Below are positions 12,801 through 27,639 of a stretch of 64,000 nucleotides of DNA, piece after piece. The notes under the pieces are model-generated. The model saw only the letters and a program-made list of their open reading frames with translations. It did no database searches and had not been told where the DNA came from. Every line of letters begins with the position of its first letter. Positions within the stretch are counted from its first letter, which is position 1. The translations under genes and the position numbers were made by a program. The stretch is from the human T2T-CHM13v2.0 reference genome, Homo sapiens, in assembly GCF_009914755.1 (NCBI RefSeq), contig NC_060925.1, one strand, 5' to 3'.

Positions 12801-15800
12801 CAGCAGCATGGCAGGTCTTGGCACCCGCCTCGGTTCCCCTGCCGAACTTCCACAAATAAACATTCAAAGCAGAAGGGACAGATTTGCTTCTCAGCAAGAT
12901 TTCAAAGCTGTGCACCAGAGTTGGAGAGAAAACAGGAAGGATGGTAGGGGGAAGAGGGGGAGGAGGAGGGGAAGGAGAAGGAGGGGCATGCATGCCTTGG
13001 GCCAAATCAGATGGGAAGCGTCCCAACCTCTCACCCGAAACTGACACACCATTTTTATGAGGTGCGAAACATTTCAGGTAGTGTTGGCACTAATAATACC
13101 TTGGGCCCAAGTCTGAGCTTCTGGGTTTCAAGCTGGGGGCGTTAAGCCTGCAAAGGCCGCAGGTGAAGACAAGCTCCTTCAGGTGAAACCAAGAGGGGCT
13201 ATTAATAAATTTCCTTGGAGAAAATCCAGTCATTTGGCTCTTATTTCTCTCCCAGTCCACCTAGGTCACCAATCTGTGTGTGCGCACGCAAGTGAGCGTG
13301 TGCGATAGTGTGCAAATGAGCGTGTGAGTGTACGCGCGGGGATGGGTGGGATGGTGTGGGAGGGATGTAGTAAGGCCATGGGTACTGCCTTTGGATTGTT
13401 TGAAGATGACAACACTCACTTCTGATCTCCAAGGAACCGAGAGAAAACACAGCTGGTCTCAGTCGGTGCTAACCCCAGCGCCCCCCTCCGATTCTCTGGG
13501 CTCCACAGGTTCCCTTGTCTCGGAGGTTGCACTCACACCCCCAGCTCCTGACTCAAAGTGGGTAGATGCCGTCACAGTGGTTTACTGAGATTTTCCCTCT
13601 TTCTTTGTTAATGAGAACTCATTTGGCATTTAATAAAACCTTATTTATACACTGGCCTACGTGCGTATGAGAAACAGCCCAGAACAGAAGGCCCAGCATT
13701 CCCGCACTGCAGCTAAGCATGGCTGCGCGCCAACCAGCTGCAATAACAGCCGCGTCCCAGCGGGGCCCCTTCCCTGGCCCCGGAGCAACCCCTGCCTGCC
13801 TGATGCTCCTTTCAGAGGATCGGAGGGTCTGCCCTGAGCCTTTCTGGGCCTGCCTCAGGCTTGTTTTTCTAAAAACCCAAATAGGATGGGCCCAGGAGCA
13901 ATAAAGGCACAGTCCCATTTTAATGCCTGCAATTTCTTTCAGGTTTTTTTTTTTTTTTTGTAAATTTTTGTTTTTAGTGTAATCCATTTGTCAAATGGAA
14001 AAGTACATTTTAAAGGCACCAGAAGACTAGATGTGTCCTGCTTCGGTTGGATCTTTCTCCACCGAGACGGAAGCAGGAGTGAGAGGAGAGCAGGTAGGGG
14101 TGGTGCTCCGTGGTTAACTGAGGCCGGCTACGGCAGAGCTTTCTCCTCTGGGCCATCTCCCGGTCCACTGCAGGCTCTGTCGCTCACCAGCTTTGTTAAG
14201 AGAACAGGAGAGAGAAAGCATCTCCACACCACGGTGGTCTCATGGGTGATCAAATGAAAGTTCTTTGGACCCTCAGAGGTGTGTGGGGTACTATTATTAT
14301 GCGTGGTCTATAGAGACTGAGGTGGTAAATTAAACTCTAGGTCAGTGATTCTCAATCTTGGCCGGACATTGGACTTATCTGGGAAGCTTTTTAACACAGT
14401 GAAGTCAAGGCTGCACCCTAGGCCAGCTGACTCAGAATCTCTGGGAGTGGGGGCCAGGCATTTGTAGGACACATTGAATCACTGGGGAAGCTTCTAAAAG
14501 CTACCGCTCGGGGGGACAAATGCTGCTGGTGTTGGCCCTTTCTAGGCTGCACTGCTGTGAAATGTCCTGTTTGCTTGTCTCTGGTCTGGCTGTGAGTTCA
14601 GTGAGGGTGGAAGGTTCACATTTGGAGCCTTGGCCTCAGCACAGTGCCCGGCCCTTCACAGGTGCCTGATGCAGGTTTGAGTGCCTGCATACAGAAACCG
14701 AGAAAGCAAGCCCCCAGGACCTGTCTGAGGTCTGCAAGGGTGACAGGTCAAGGTAGCCCAGGGTTTGTGAATGCTAGCATTTGCCAAGGCAGCATGTGAA
14801 GACGTAAGGAAAGACTTGGTCTTTCTTGTCTGATAAAGAAACATTTGGAAGCCAGTGTCCTGAGTTTTGGTTCTAGTCTCCAATGGAAAGTTTTACCCAG
14901 GTGCCGATTTACCCTACTATCTCTGGCATTGACATCCCAGAATCAATGGTCATGTCCTGGGAGGTAAATTTACCTATACTGGTGGCCAAGGTGCTTCAAG
15001 AAGGGAAGAATGATGCTGCTCCCTTCATGGTGACGAGAGGATTGCACGAACCTGGGTACCCAGGCCCTGCCTGCAAAGCCCAGGTGCACAGACATTGCTC
15101 ATTCTGCCCATTCTACAAAGCATGCGGGCCCTGGACACCTGAGAGGGAGCCTCTGGTGGCTCTGCAAACACCAGCACTGGACTCCTGGCTGTGCTGGTAT
15201 TCAGCTGCCTGGAATAAGGGACCTTTGTTGCCTCACTCTTCTGTCTGATTCTGAAAACAAGTCAAGGAGCGTGTCTAAAATCAAGTTCTTTTTGAAACTT
15301 TGGATAGAGACATTTGGACTACATTGCTTTTTATTTTTCCTACAGTGTGGTGAGCCAAGAGACCTTTTCTGGGGTCCTGGGCTCTCACTGATGGTGGCAT
15401 CCCTAGGCTCTGACCCTTCATACTCACTCTGGGGCCCCACCCTGACGAGCTGGGAAAATCGTAGAGTAACTTTCCACGGAAAGTCACACATTGAAGGGGA
15501 TTAAGCGTGGACCGTGCCAGAAACTGCGGTGTCTTATTTCATGTTGCTTCATTTTTAAAAGCCTTCAGCTTGCTTTTTAAGACAAGCTGAAAGTGAGTTT
15601 CCTGGGACTTGAGAGAGCAGTCATGAAACAGACAAAACACAGTTCCTCAATCAAGTTCTTAGTGACTGACATTCCCTACAACACAGTTCTAGAAATTAAA
15701 ATGTAGGCAAAAGAAAAAAAACATAATTCCATGCTAGAAATATTATATATGCCACCTTCTCTGAAGGATTCTAATTTTGAGTGTTTCTGAAAGTGTGGCC

Positions 15801-15868
15801 TACAATGGTCTTCATCAGAATCGCCTAAGGTAACAGGATAGATTCTGGGCCTGGCCTGGTTCTTCTGA

Positions 15869-16250
<382 letters not shown>

Positions 16251-16951
16251 CTCTGATGGTTTTTATGCACTTTGCAGTGTGAAAACCTCTGCTCTACACC
16301 TCCTTTATCTAATTCCTTCTCATCTTATCCTTCTAGCAAAGGAGGAGATATTTTCAGGTCCCAAGCAGTCTGTCTGGGATGCAGTTCTAGAACAAAGGGT
16401 TGAGCTAGATCAGGGCTTTCCAAATTTTTGAGACTATGAAACTTTCTCTGTCGTTTTTTCTCTCTAGAAACACCAACCATTGAGGTTGAGACCATTTCCA
16501 GAGGAAGAAGCATGGGGCCATCATTTATTAAAATTTATGAAATGTTTTGCGTACACTTTTCTTGTATAATTCCTACCACTCTGTAAAGTATTATATTTGT
16601 TTTATAGATGAGTACTGGGACCAGAAAAGGTTCAATATCTTACCATGATCACCTGGCTAGGAAATAGCAGGTCAGGGAGTCAAACCAGGCCTCCTCCTTC
16701 CTTTACCACTCTGTTAGAGGAGGTAAAGGGGATTATCCCCACATTTAGAGTGGACACAAACATGCCACAGCCACATACCTAATGGTGAACCTCATAGTGA
16801 CTTCTGGGTCCCTGGGCCACTGTTCTAGAAATACTATCAGTTGTGATTTTTTGAGCCCTGGGAGCCTGGAGCTTTTGCAAGGATTGTCCAGAACACCAGG
16901 CTCACGCCCTCCCCAAGGTCAATTCGTGAGGCTCTGCTACCCCAGGAATCA

Positions 16952-17206
<255 letters not shown>

Positions 17207-17219
17207 CTAGAAACTGCCC

Positions 17220-17693
17220 TGTGGTAGGAAAGACACCCACGTCCTAACCCACAGAACCTGGGAATACCTTGTGTTACATGGCGACAGGAATTAAGATCGC
17301 AGATGGGATTAAAGCCACTGATTAGCTGATTTTAAAATAAGGAGATTATTTTGGCTTTTCTAGGTGGGCCCCTGTGTAATCACAAGGGTCCCTTAAATGT
17401 AGAAGAGGGAGGCAGAAGAAACAGAGTCATGTGATGTGAGAAAGACTTGATAAGCCCCCACTGGCCTTGGAGATGGAAGCAGACCACTAGCCAAAGAATG
17501 TGGCGTGTCTCTGGAGGCTGAAGGAGGCAGGAAAATGGATTTTTCTCTAGAACTCCGCAGTAAGGAATGCAGTCCTGCTGATGCCCTAACTTTCAGACTT
17601 GTGACCTCCAGAACTGTAAGATAATGCATCTGTGTTGTTTGAAGCCACTAAGTTTGTGGTAATTTATGACAGCAGCAACAGGAAACCAATACA
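17220..17693 (+). mobile_element. MLT1D-like MaLR solo LTR
   Basis: TGTGGTAGG...GTAATCACAAGGGTCC...AAGCCACTAAGTTTGTGGTAATTT...AATACA. Confidence 0.85.
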
Positions 17694-17827
17694 ATCCCCA
17701 TACCTCATCTTATCAGAGTGCCATTTACAATTCAAGGGATCCCCTTCTTACAGCATGATGTTACAGTACCATCAAGGCTTCCTCTCTGAAGGTGGGGTTG
17801 AGAAGTAGCTAGAACAAATTTGCTCTT

Positions 17828-18012
17828 GGATTTAGCAAACAAAAGCACCAGATGCCCAGTCGAATCTGAATTTCAGATAAATGAATACTTTTTAGTACAA
17901 ATATGTCCCAAATAGGGACCGAATAGAACACAATTATTTGAAAAAATTATTTGTTGTTTATCTGAAGTTCGAATTTAACTAGACACCCTGCATCTATCTT
18001 GTCTGCAGGCCC
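17828..18012. mobile_element. MER53 palindromic MITE
   Basis: Inverted arms GAATTTCAGATAAA / TTTATCTGAAGTTC around a TATGTCCCAAATA core. Confidence 0.75.
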
Positions 18013-18479
18013 TAAGCCCTGCAGAGTGCACATTCTGCAGCTCCTAGGTAGCTCAAGGATAGTGGTTCTTGAAGTACAACCCTCGTGATGGCCTCTCGAG
18101 GATCAGGTGGCAGGGGAGAGGCCTGGACCTTGGCCAGGGACCTGTGGCCACCCAGCACCTTAACTGGCTCCTAGAGTCCTGGACTCCCATAGCATTGGAC
18201 AGACACTGAGTACCATGGGCAAATTCGTGAGATTCCCGGGGCACCACAGTCTCCCATGACATCTAACGACGTGGCTCTCTGGGCTGGAGGGCAGAACAGG
18301 CCTGAGCTCTGCCACCTCCTACACTGTCCAGACTACACATGGCAGCCTGGTCCCCACACGAGGCACAGGTTACAGCTGACCATGAGTCGGTGTGGACACT
18401 TTCGATCTCAGGGACCCATAAAACATAGTGAAACCAGAGCACTGAAGAGGGTGTGTTAAGAATAGCCACTAAAAGCAGC

Positions 18480-18690
18480 TAGTATTTACTGAGAGTTTAC
18501 TATGTGTCAGGCGCCCTTCCAAGTGTTCACATATATTATTTCTTTTAACTTCAACTGCCATGCTGGTAGGCACTTTTACTATTTCCATTTTACAAATGAG
18601 GAAACGAGAGGCACAGAGTGGTTAATTAACTTGCCTGAAGTCACATAGCTAAGTGTGTGGCCTTGTGAGATTTGAACCCAGAGCTTAACC
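18480..18690 (-). mobile_element. MIR
   Basis: CCATTTTACAAATGAGGAAAC..GAGGCACAGAG..AACTTGCCTGAAGTCACA. Confidence 0.8.
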
Positions 18691-20001
18691 ATCACCTGTT
18701 AACTCTCCAGTGAGTAGGGAAGAGGGAGAAGGCAGGACAAAGAAGGGTGGGTTTATAAATTATTTCACTGAGGAGGCAACATCTGAGCTGGGCCTTGAAG
18801 CATGTCCAGGAGTTTACTGGGCTGGGGGTGAGCCAGAGAACTGTGCCCCTGTCATCTTCTAATTCCCTAGATGGAGAGAGGGAATGGTGAGGTTCCTTCT
18901 GAGCTGTGCTAAGACCCCAGGCAGAAAGGACCAGGAGGGGTATCCAGTCCTGATGGTAAAGGACACAAATCCATGTTCAATGAGCATGAGTGACAACACA
19001 GAGGCGAGCTCCCATGTTGGACAGCGCCCAGAGAGAACGTTGCCATCGTGATGGACAGTTCTGGGAACAGTGCTGATAAGGAGCCCCGGAACTGGATGGA
19101 GGTGGAGATACAGATCAGGAGCTAGAAGACAGGTGAGCCCACAAGGCAAAGCATCCTGGGAAGTGGGCAGGGAGGGCCGGGTTGGCTGGAACGTGCCTCT
19201 GCGAAGCGCAGATGGCTCAGCGTTTGCTAATCAGCAGAGCATCAGCTCATCAGAGCCAGCAACATGAAATAAAGGCACAACCTGGTGACCCCGGCCTCCA
19301 TTCTCCAACATGAAAGGCCTCGGCACTGATGCCAGAAGCACAGTACTAGAGATCTAAATGTCACATTAGTAAGGAACTGGAAAGAAATTTCCCCGAAATT
19401 CCTGTCCTTATCTTCATCTCCCTTTTATTACCAACTGGAAGTCATCAAGGCATTGTCAGGACTTGAGTTTTACGAGCTGAAGAGAAAGCAAAGGGGAAAA
19501 TGAGCAATCGGTGCCGACAGCACCCCCTCTGTGGGGGTGGGAGAGGAAGCTAAACAGGGCCTGGCCGGAGCCGCACCACCCAGGGCCTGGGCACTGCAGG
19601 CGCCAAGCTCACCCTGCCTCCAGGCTGACCCTAGGTTCCCCTTGTCTAGTTTCGGTGAAAACCTCAGGGTCTGAGAAGCCAGAAAAGCAGGTATGAGCTC
19701 CTTCATTGTGCAGGGAACCAGTGTGAGAACCTGCTTCCAGGAGCTGGTGCTGACCAGGTGGGGTGGGGTCCCTCACTCCTCTGGACTCAGACAGCACCCT
19801 GTGCAGACCTTGATCTCAGGGTTAACACAGGCTCTGAAGTTCTGTTTATGTCTCGTTCTCTCCTGGAGTCTGGAGGAGGATCAGACCCAGCCAGGAGGGA
19901 GTCGGGAGGGTGTCTGGGATATCAGCTGCTGCAGATCTAGCATTCTCGCTGTGTTCATCACACTGAAGAAGCTGGGCGGGGAGCCCAGAAGGCCCAGAGG
20001 A

Positions 20002-20184
20002 CAGCTGCAGCTCTCACACCTGAGCCTGCGGAATCACCTGGAGGGCTTGTGAAGCACAGATTGCTAGGCCTTATCCCAGGGCTTTGGACCCAGTTCACCT
20101 GGAGTGGGCCCTGATAATTTGCATTCCTAACAAGCTCCCAGGCATCGCTGATGCTGCTGGTCTCTGGGCTTTGAGAGCCACAGG
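20002..20184. mobile_element. MER5A
   Basis: GAATCACCTGGAGGGCTTGT...ATTTGCATTCCTAACAAGCTCCCAGG. Confidence 0.8.
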
Positions 20185-21085
20185 ACTGAAGTAAGAAACA
20201 CTGGATTAGGATTGAGAGGACCTGGATTCCATCTGGCTCTGACAATTTCTAGCCCTGTAACTGTGCACAAATCACCCCATCACCAGACGCGCAAGCCTCC
20301 TTCTCTGACCCATCTCAGGATTGTTGTGAGGAGTAAGGGAGCTAAGGGATGTGCAAGTCGTGAGTTAGTGGTAAGAATGCTCTGCATAAATAGAGGAGAT
20401 TATTTAAAGGGGTTAGATAAATTGGGGGCGTATACACAGGTCAGAAATGTGCCAGGGGATAGAAGAAGGAGTTTGCCTGGTGCTGAGAAGGAAGTGGTCC
20501 AGGAAAGCAGAAGTGGGCTCTTCTGCAGCATCTCAGGTTCTGTAGCCTCGGGACGCCACCCCAGCACTTGCCAGCACTGTGCTGGCAGCTTCCAAGCCCG
20601 GAACTCCCCTCTCACTTACTGTGTGGCTGACAGACAACTCTGCTCAAATACCACCTCCTCAGGAAGGCCTTCCTGAGCATCCCCCTTAAACCTGCCCCTC
20701 CGTCCCTCTCTAACCCTCGACTCTACCGGATTTTCCTTGCAACACCCATCACAGCCAGAAGTCACACAGCGGAGTCTCTGCTTACCTGAGCATCGCCTGT
20801 GGCCCCACTGGAATGGAAGCTCCCTGGCCTGGGGTTTTGCCTGTCTGGTTCACACTGTGTTCTAGTACCTACAACTGTCCCTAAATATTTGAGTAATAAA
20901 TGAATAGATTTCTGTTTCCTCATCTATAAAGAGAAGGTTGTGCCCCATGATCTCTAAGGTTCCTTCCAGTTATAAAAACCTGAGATGTTTTAAGGTCACC
21001 AGGATGTGTACAGCTTCGAATCCTATGTTGAAAATGATCACGATCTCAAGTGATCCCCCGGTTTTTTTCTAAATACAAGGCATTA

Positions 21086-21382
<297 letters not shown>

Positions 21383-21611
21383 TCAAAAAAAGGAAAACAG
21401 CCAGAGTCGATTGGAAACACTTGTAACTCAACTCTCAGAGGAAGGTTCTGTTCTTGGGGCCTCTGGGAGCCCCTAGAGGTGAGGCTCTTGCCAGTGGGCT
21501 GCCCCCAACACATTGACTGCTGAAGCAGCTGGGCCCAATTTAGTAAGAAGGTGGAAAAAGTTAGCCAGGGCTGGATGGGGGTGTCAGATGCTTTGTGGGG
21601 TTGGTCTAGGA

Positions 21612-21843
21612 CAGTGCTTCTCATTGAGGTGGGGCTGGGGAACTGAAACAGGGGAATTTCATCCTCCTGGAAATATTTGGCAAGATCTAAAGACATTTCT
21701 GGGTGTCACAACTGGGGAGGTGCTGGTGGGTAGAGGCCAGAGATGCTGCTAAACATCCTGCAAGGCCCAAGACACTCCTCCCTCCCCCACACAAAGGATT
21801 ATCTAGCCCCAAGTGTCAGTGATGCTGAGGCTGAGAAACTCTG
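21612..21843 (+). mobile_element. MER20 (hAT-Charlie)
   Basis: CAGTGCTTCTCA...TGAGAAACTCTG termini; perfect 8-bp TSD GTCTAGGA at 21604-21611 and 21844-21851. Confidence 0.9.
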
Positions 21844-22139
21844 GTCTAGGATTGGAGGAGACACGTGCTCTTCCCACACCGCAGCTGTCACAGGGTAGAG
21901 GACCCCTCTGGGTGTTTCTATCATCTCAGCTTGGGCTGAGATGCTCAGGGCACTGACATGGACTAAGAGAAATGAGTTGGGGCCATTAAGGGCAGGAAAA
22001 GCTCCAGGTAGAAAGAGGAGAGCCAGGCACATGCCGGGGCTTGCCTGATGAGCCCTAGTCAAGCTCCCTCCAGCTCCTCTCAACACCTGTGGGAAGCAGG
22101 GTTTCTTTATAAGGAGGCATAAAGAACACCTAACAGTTA

Positions 22140-22285
22140 AGGTGACCTTGGGGCAAGTGATTGAGCCTGTCCCCGTGTCTGCATTTTCCACATCTACCTC
22201 ATAGGATTGTTGATGCGGGGTAAGGAATGTGAAGTGCTTAGCTCCCAGGCCTCAAAACAGCACTCAATAAATGCTTATTATGATC
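22140..22285 (+). mobile_element. MIR
   Basis: GTGACCTTGGGGCAAGTGA...CTACCTCATAGGATTGTTG...CTCAATAAATG. Confidence 0.7.
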
Positions 22286-23139
22286 GAATTAATATAATTC
22301 TTACCCCTCCTGGGAGATTCACACAAGCACCCTCCTCCTCGGCTGGCTTCCAGGGCCAATGCTTGGCCTCAACCCTGCTAGTGCTATAGTTCATGAGGCT
22401 CTGGCCAGAGAAGAGCCTTATGGGCCTGGATGTCTACGAAGGGACTTCAACACAAAGGGAAAGCACTGGGGTGCGTGAAAATGCCAATCTCTTCACCCCG
22501 AGTGCTTCAGGGGCATGGGTGACTGTTTATCTCCCAGTTCTTCTCTAACTAGCTTTAACCATCACATGTCCCCATTCTTTCCTGGTCCCAATTCCACGGC
22601 ATCCCATCCTCTTCCTCTCCAAATTCTCCCCTCCCCCAGTGGCCAAGAGGCCTGCCCCTGTGTGCTGGACAGCCACCCTTCTCATCCCCAGGTTGTGCCT
22701 TTCCCTGAACAGCACCATATCCGGATTTATGTTGCAGCTAGTTTCCTCTGGAAGGGTCTTGCGCCAACCCCACAGGCCTGTCCATGCAGCTAGGGCAGGG
22801 GAAGCCGGTCTTGAAGTTCGACCACACAGTGGCACAGTGGCTTCTCTCACAGTAATGGGTTCCCTGAGAGTGGTGCCCACTGTCACTCCCCTTTGCATAG
22901 GAAAGATCCAAGGACTTTGGGGAAAGCTGGACACAGGGCCCGAAGGGAGGAGGAGGGCTCTGAGAAGGGCTGCTCCCTTATATTCTAGTCTTCCCTCTTC
23001 AAAAACATAAATCCGGCTGTCTTCCAAACCCAGCCCTCCTGCTTTTCCTCCTGTCCCTGGGTGCCAGCTCCATTGTTCTTTTCCCAATTACCCCTTCATA
23101 CACAGCCTTGTACACTCTCACTCCACCAACACCATCCCC

Positions 23140-23233
23140 AACACACGCACACACACACGCATGCACACACATGCACACACACATGCACACATGCGCACAC
23201 ATGCACACGCACGCATATGCAGACATACACACA
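23140..23233. repeat. Degenerate (CA)/(CATGCA)n repeat
   Basis: Alternating purine-pyrimidine run. Confidence 0.9.
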
Positions 23234-26200
23234 TGGGAGATCTCTTGAGAGTTGGGGGCTATAGCTCCTGCTTTTATTATACTCCTCATTGTACCTAGCA
23301 ATGCTGGGTGCACAGATGCAAGCCCTTGAAGTCACCTCTCTCTGACACCCAGCATTAAAGACTGACATCCAATCAGAGTCTCAATAAATGTCTGTTGAAT
23401 GACATGAGGCATTCAGTAAATAACTGTTGTCTTGACCTGACAGTCAGGACTCCATTTGACTGTTTATCTCTTCGTTATTCTTTAACTCACTCACCTGACC
23501 TTACATACAAATATCTTGCTGGGGAGAAGGGGCAAAACAAGAAAAGCTGGGAGTGATGTTGCCCAGGCTTGGCACACAAGACCACCCAGGAGACAGGGCT
23601 GCTGTGGCTCTGGGGGGGAAGGGGGAGTGTGCTGGCTTCTGGTACACCTGAGGAGGGCGGGGGCCCAGGTGAAGAGGAGGCCGATACCAGACAGAAGCTT
23701 CCCTAGACTCCTGAGGGAGAAATGTGAACTGGGAGCCTGAGGAAAGAAAAATAAATTTCGTTTAAAATGTGGTTCTTCTTGTTCCCTTCCCTGGGAAGAT
23801 TAGAGGCTTGGGGGTGGGGCTGCTGAGGCCCCAGGAGCTGAGGGTGGGGGTGGGAGGGAAGCCAGGAGAATGTAGGAGGCTCCCGGGAAGAAGGTGTTTT
23901 AAAGATGATTGAGAGACCACAGAGCTTGCTTCGAGGGAGAGGGAAGGGGGCTCCATGCCTGGTCTTTTACCATTAATCCTCCCTGCTGAGAATGCAGTAC
24001 TGCAGGTTTGCCATGAAAGAAAACCTCTGCCTGGGTCAACCAGCGGCATACCTTCCCAGGTGGCTGTGCAGAAGCACGCACCAGCACCAGCCCCGCCACC
24101 CCCACCCGCTCGCTTTCAAAGGTGGGCTCTTCTGCCACATTGGCCTGAGGAGTCCGTGCTCACAGTGAGCAGCGCCCCGGTGAATCTCAACAGACTGAAA
24201 CAGCCTGTGTTCCTGACAGTGCCCTTCAGGCCCTGGCCTGGGATTTCCTCAAAGACCGTGTCCCTTACTTGGGGATGGACCCCTGTTCCCTCTCACAGCC
24301 TCTAAGGCCAGGGATCTTGCAGAGCCCCCATTCCTAGGGGGCCGTGGCCAACCTTTCCTGAGCCCTTGTCCCCAGATTTGCTCTGTTAGGGACTTCTCAC
24401 AGCCCGAAGCCTGCAGAAGGAACCGCCTGCATACCAATTCAAAATCAGTCCTGCTCTGGGGTTAAGAAGTAGTGATTTTGGTTCTCATATCCACATTGTA
24501 AAAGCCACAGAGAAACTGTGGTTTGAAATTACTTCCTTCACACTTCCTCCCAGCAGGACTCAATCTGATGATCAGGCACTTAAGTGAAATGTCTGCCTCA
24601 TCATCAAACCCACTGGATGCATGAGGTATGTCATCCCGCCAGGAGCTGGACAGCCCACGTCTGCATCTGTTTGTTTAAATTAGGAAAAAAACACCTTCTG
24701 GTTGGTACACAGGGGAAGGGGGATTTCTTACTATTAAAATGGTAATTGTACTCATACCATATAAGGTTCCTCAAACTTGGGCTCACTAAAATAAACTTCT
24801 ACCCAGGGCAACAAAGAATGGAGTGTTTGTAATGCAGTTTGTAGAAGTTACTACATAAAATCTATGGTTTACTAGTTTGAAACAATGAGAACGTAATTCA
24901 GCATCTTGATACACCAATCTGGTCATACGCCTGTCCTTTCTCACTTGGATGGGGAGAGAGGGCTTCAGAAGGTGGCCAGATGGGAGGAGGATCAGATTCT
25001 CCTCGGAGAAGTTTCCCCTGTTGACTCTCCTGTGCTCCTGAATCCCCTCCTTCCCTCCACTGGGCCCCACATGCGCTGTGGTCATTTTCTGCTCACTCAT
25101 CTCTCACCTTCTGCCCTGTGAGCCCTCTGAGGGCTGGCATTTGCCTGACTCATCTCTCCACCCCCAGAGACTAGCCCAGTGCCTGGCTCACAGGAGGCAC
25201 TGAAGGTCGACTGAATGTTGAAGGAGCTGCACGCATGCACGGGAAGGTGCCTCCGGGGCTGATTTCAACCATTCTCCCACATTTCTTGTTTGGAACCTGC
25301 AGCAGAAGCTGTTCTATCAATACAGCCTCTCCCATTCCCCTGGTAGACCCCTTGGTGACCCCTTTCTCATCCCTGTTAACCTCTAAGGTCATCCTTAGAG
25401 TCAACTCCCTAATCCTAGGAGCACACATCTCCCAGAAGCCCCTAACAGCTGCTTTCGTGGCCTCTGAGCCCCGTTTCCTGGGCAATCTCCCCCAGAGCAG
25501 CCTTTCCTCAGAGGGCACGCTCCACACACAAAGCTGCAGCAACCCCTGGATTTTGGGGGGCTTTACTTCCTCACGACCACTCTTTTCCTCTGCTCTTGCA
25601 AGTGGGATCCAGTGGCCATGTCCAGTCCCTCTAGCCATCCACAGAGGAGCCTACTACACACGTGACAGCACACAACACCCACTCACACTTTGTAAAGGCA
25701 CATTGGTGTTATTACTTTCGGATTGTTTCTTGTTCTTCTCCTGGGGAGGAGAGACACAGGAGAGGGAGCCTCTTCATCCTTTCTCTTCACTCTTCCTGAC
25801 TCCAGGTGGCTCCCACCCTGGTGCCCAGCTCCTGCCATCTTCCTGCACAACCGTGGTGTCCGTGTGGGGCCAACATCATCACCTCCCATTTCCTCCTTCC
25901 CCTCACCATGCACCTGCACCTTTGCCCCACTTCACCATGGCCGCATCTGGGGGCCAGTCATCACCCACCCTACCTTCGAAATCCTGAATTCACATATTTC
26001 ACTTTCTGACCACAGCCATTAACCTTTTCATCTTGTTCATTTTCTCAATCACTTAAACAGGGTCATGGCACCCACTGAGACTTCTATTCCCTTGCCTCTT
26101 CATTTCCCCCAGTCCATTTCCGTGCTCATCTGCCTTCTCATCCTTCCTCGTGCAGCCTGGACTTGATGCATGTAGTCCAGTCCCTGCCTTCAGCCCGCTG

Positions 26201-26717
26201 CCTGTTGACCTTCTGTGGTGCCTCCATACACACCCCCAGCCCTGCATCACCCACTCTCCACTTGCTCTGCCTCGGGGCCTGGGTGCTAAATATTACTGGG
26301 AGAAATAGTACAATTATGCATATTTATGTCATGATAATACATGATCTCTGACCTCCCTGGCTCCTTAATGATAGTTGGCCTTGCTGCTTCATGTTCCTGG
26401 TTAGCTCTCGCTCTAGAACTCTGTGAGAGTTGCTCCATATCTTTACGAAACTCTGTAAACTCGTCTCCCCTGCTTCTAGCCCTTGACCTAGCCTCATACT
26501 TCCCATAGTGCCATCTCTCTTAGCATTCTTTCTGTCTCTAGACTTAACGTGGATGAGACCTTTCCTGCCTTCCTTCCCAACTTCCTACCTTCCAGGCTTC
26601 TGTGGAGGAAGAGGCATCTTCACCAAGGTGATGTTCAAGCCGCCTCCAGACCCCATCCCTTCCTGCCTCCGCTAGTATATTTTTCACCAACTCTCCCTGT
26701 TCTTTCCTATATCTTCA

Positions 26718-27265
<548 letters not shown>

Positions 27266-27639
27266 ATCTCATGCTATATTTAAAGATACTATGTGTCTGG
27301 CCTAGCTACTACATTGAGTATCCTTACAATACTGCCAAGGCAGGAGAAAGAGATAATTTTACTTCCTTGTACATATAGGCTAACTGACAAGGATGGTGAG
27401 CGATCTATTCAGTCTCCCAGTTTTGGCAGGGTCTGCTCGCCTCTCAGTCCCATGCTCTGTGTGTCTCTTGCCCAGAGAAGCCTTAAACAGGGTGACATTG
27501 GTGGATATCACTGGAGGGTTTATCCAGTTTTTACCCAATTCTCTGAGACCTGCCCTTCCACCCATTCACGCAGGTAGGCTCTGACAGCCATGCTTCATCC
27601 ACAAGGACCTCCCTGCACACACACATTGGCACGCATGCA

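Noticed and set aside
25235-25987. 250-aa ORF on +
   Set aside because: No recognisable domain, Ser/Pro/Leu composition of pyrimidine-rich intron, antisense to ABCA4
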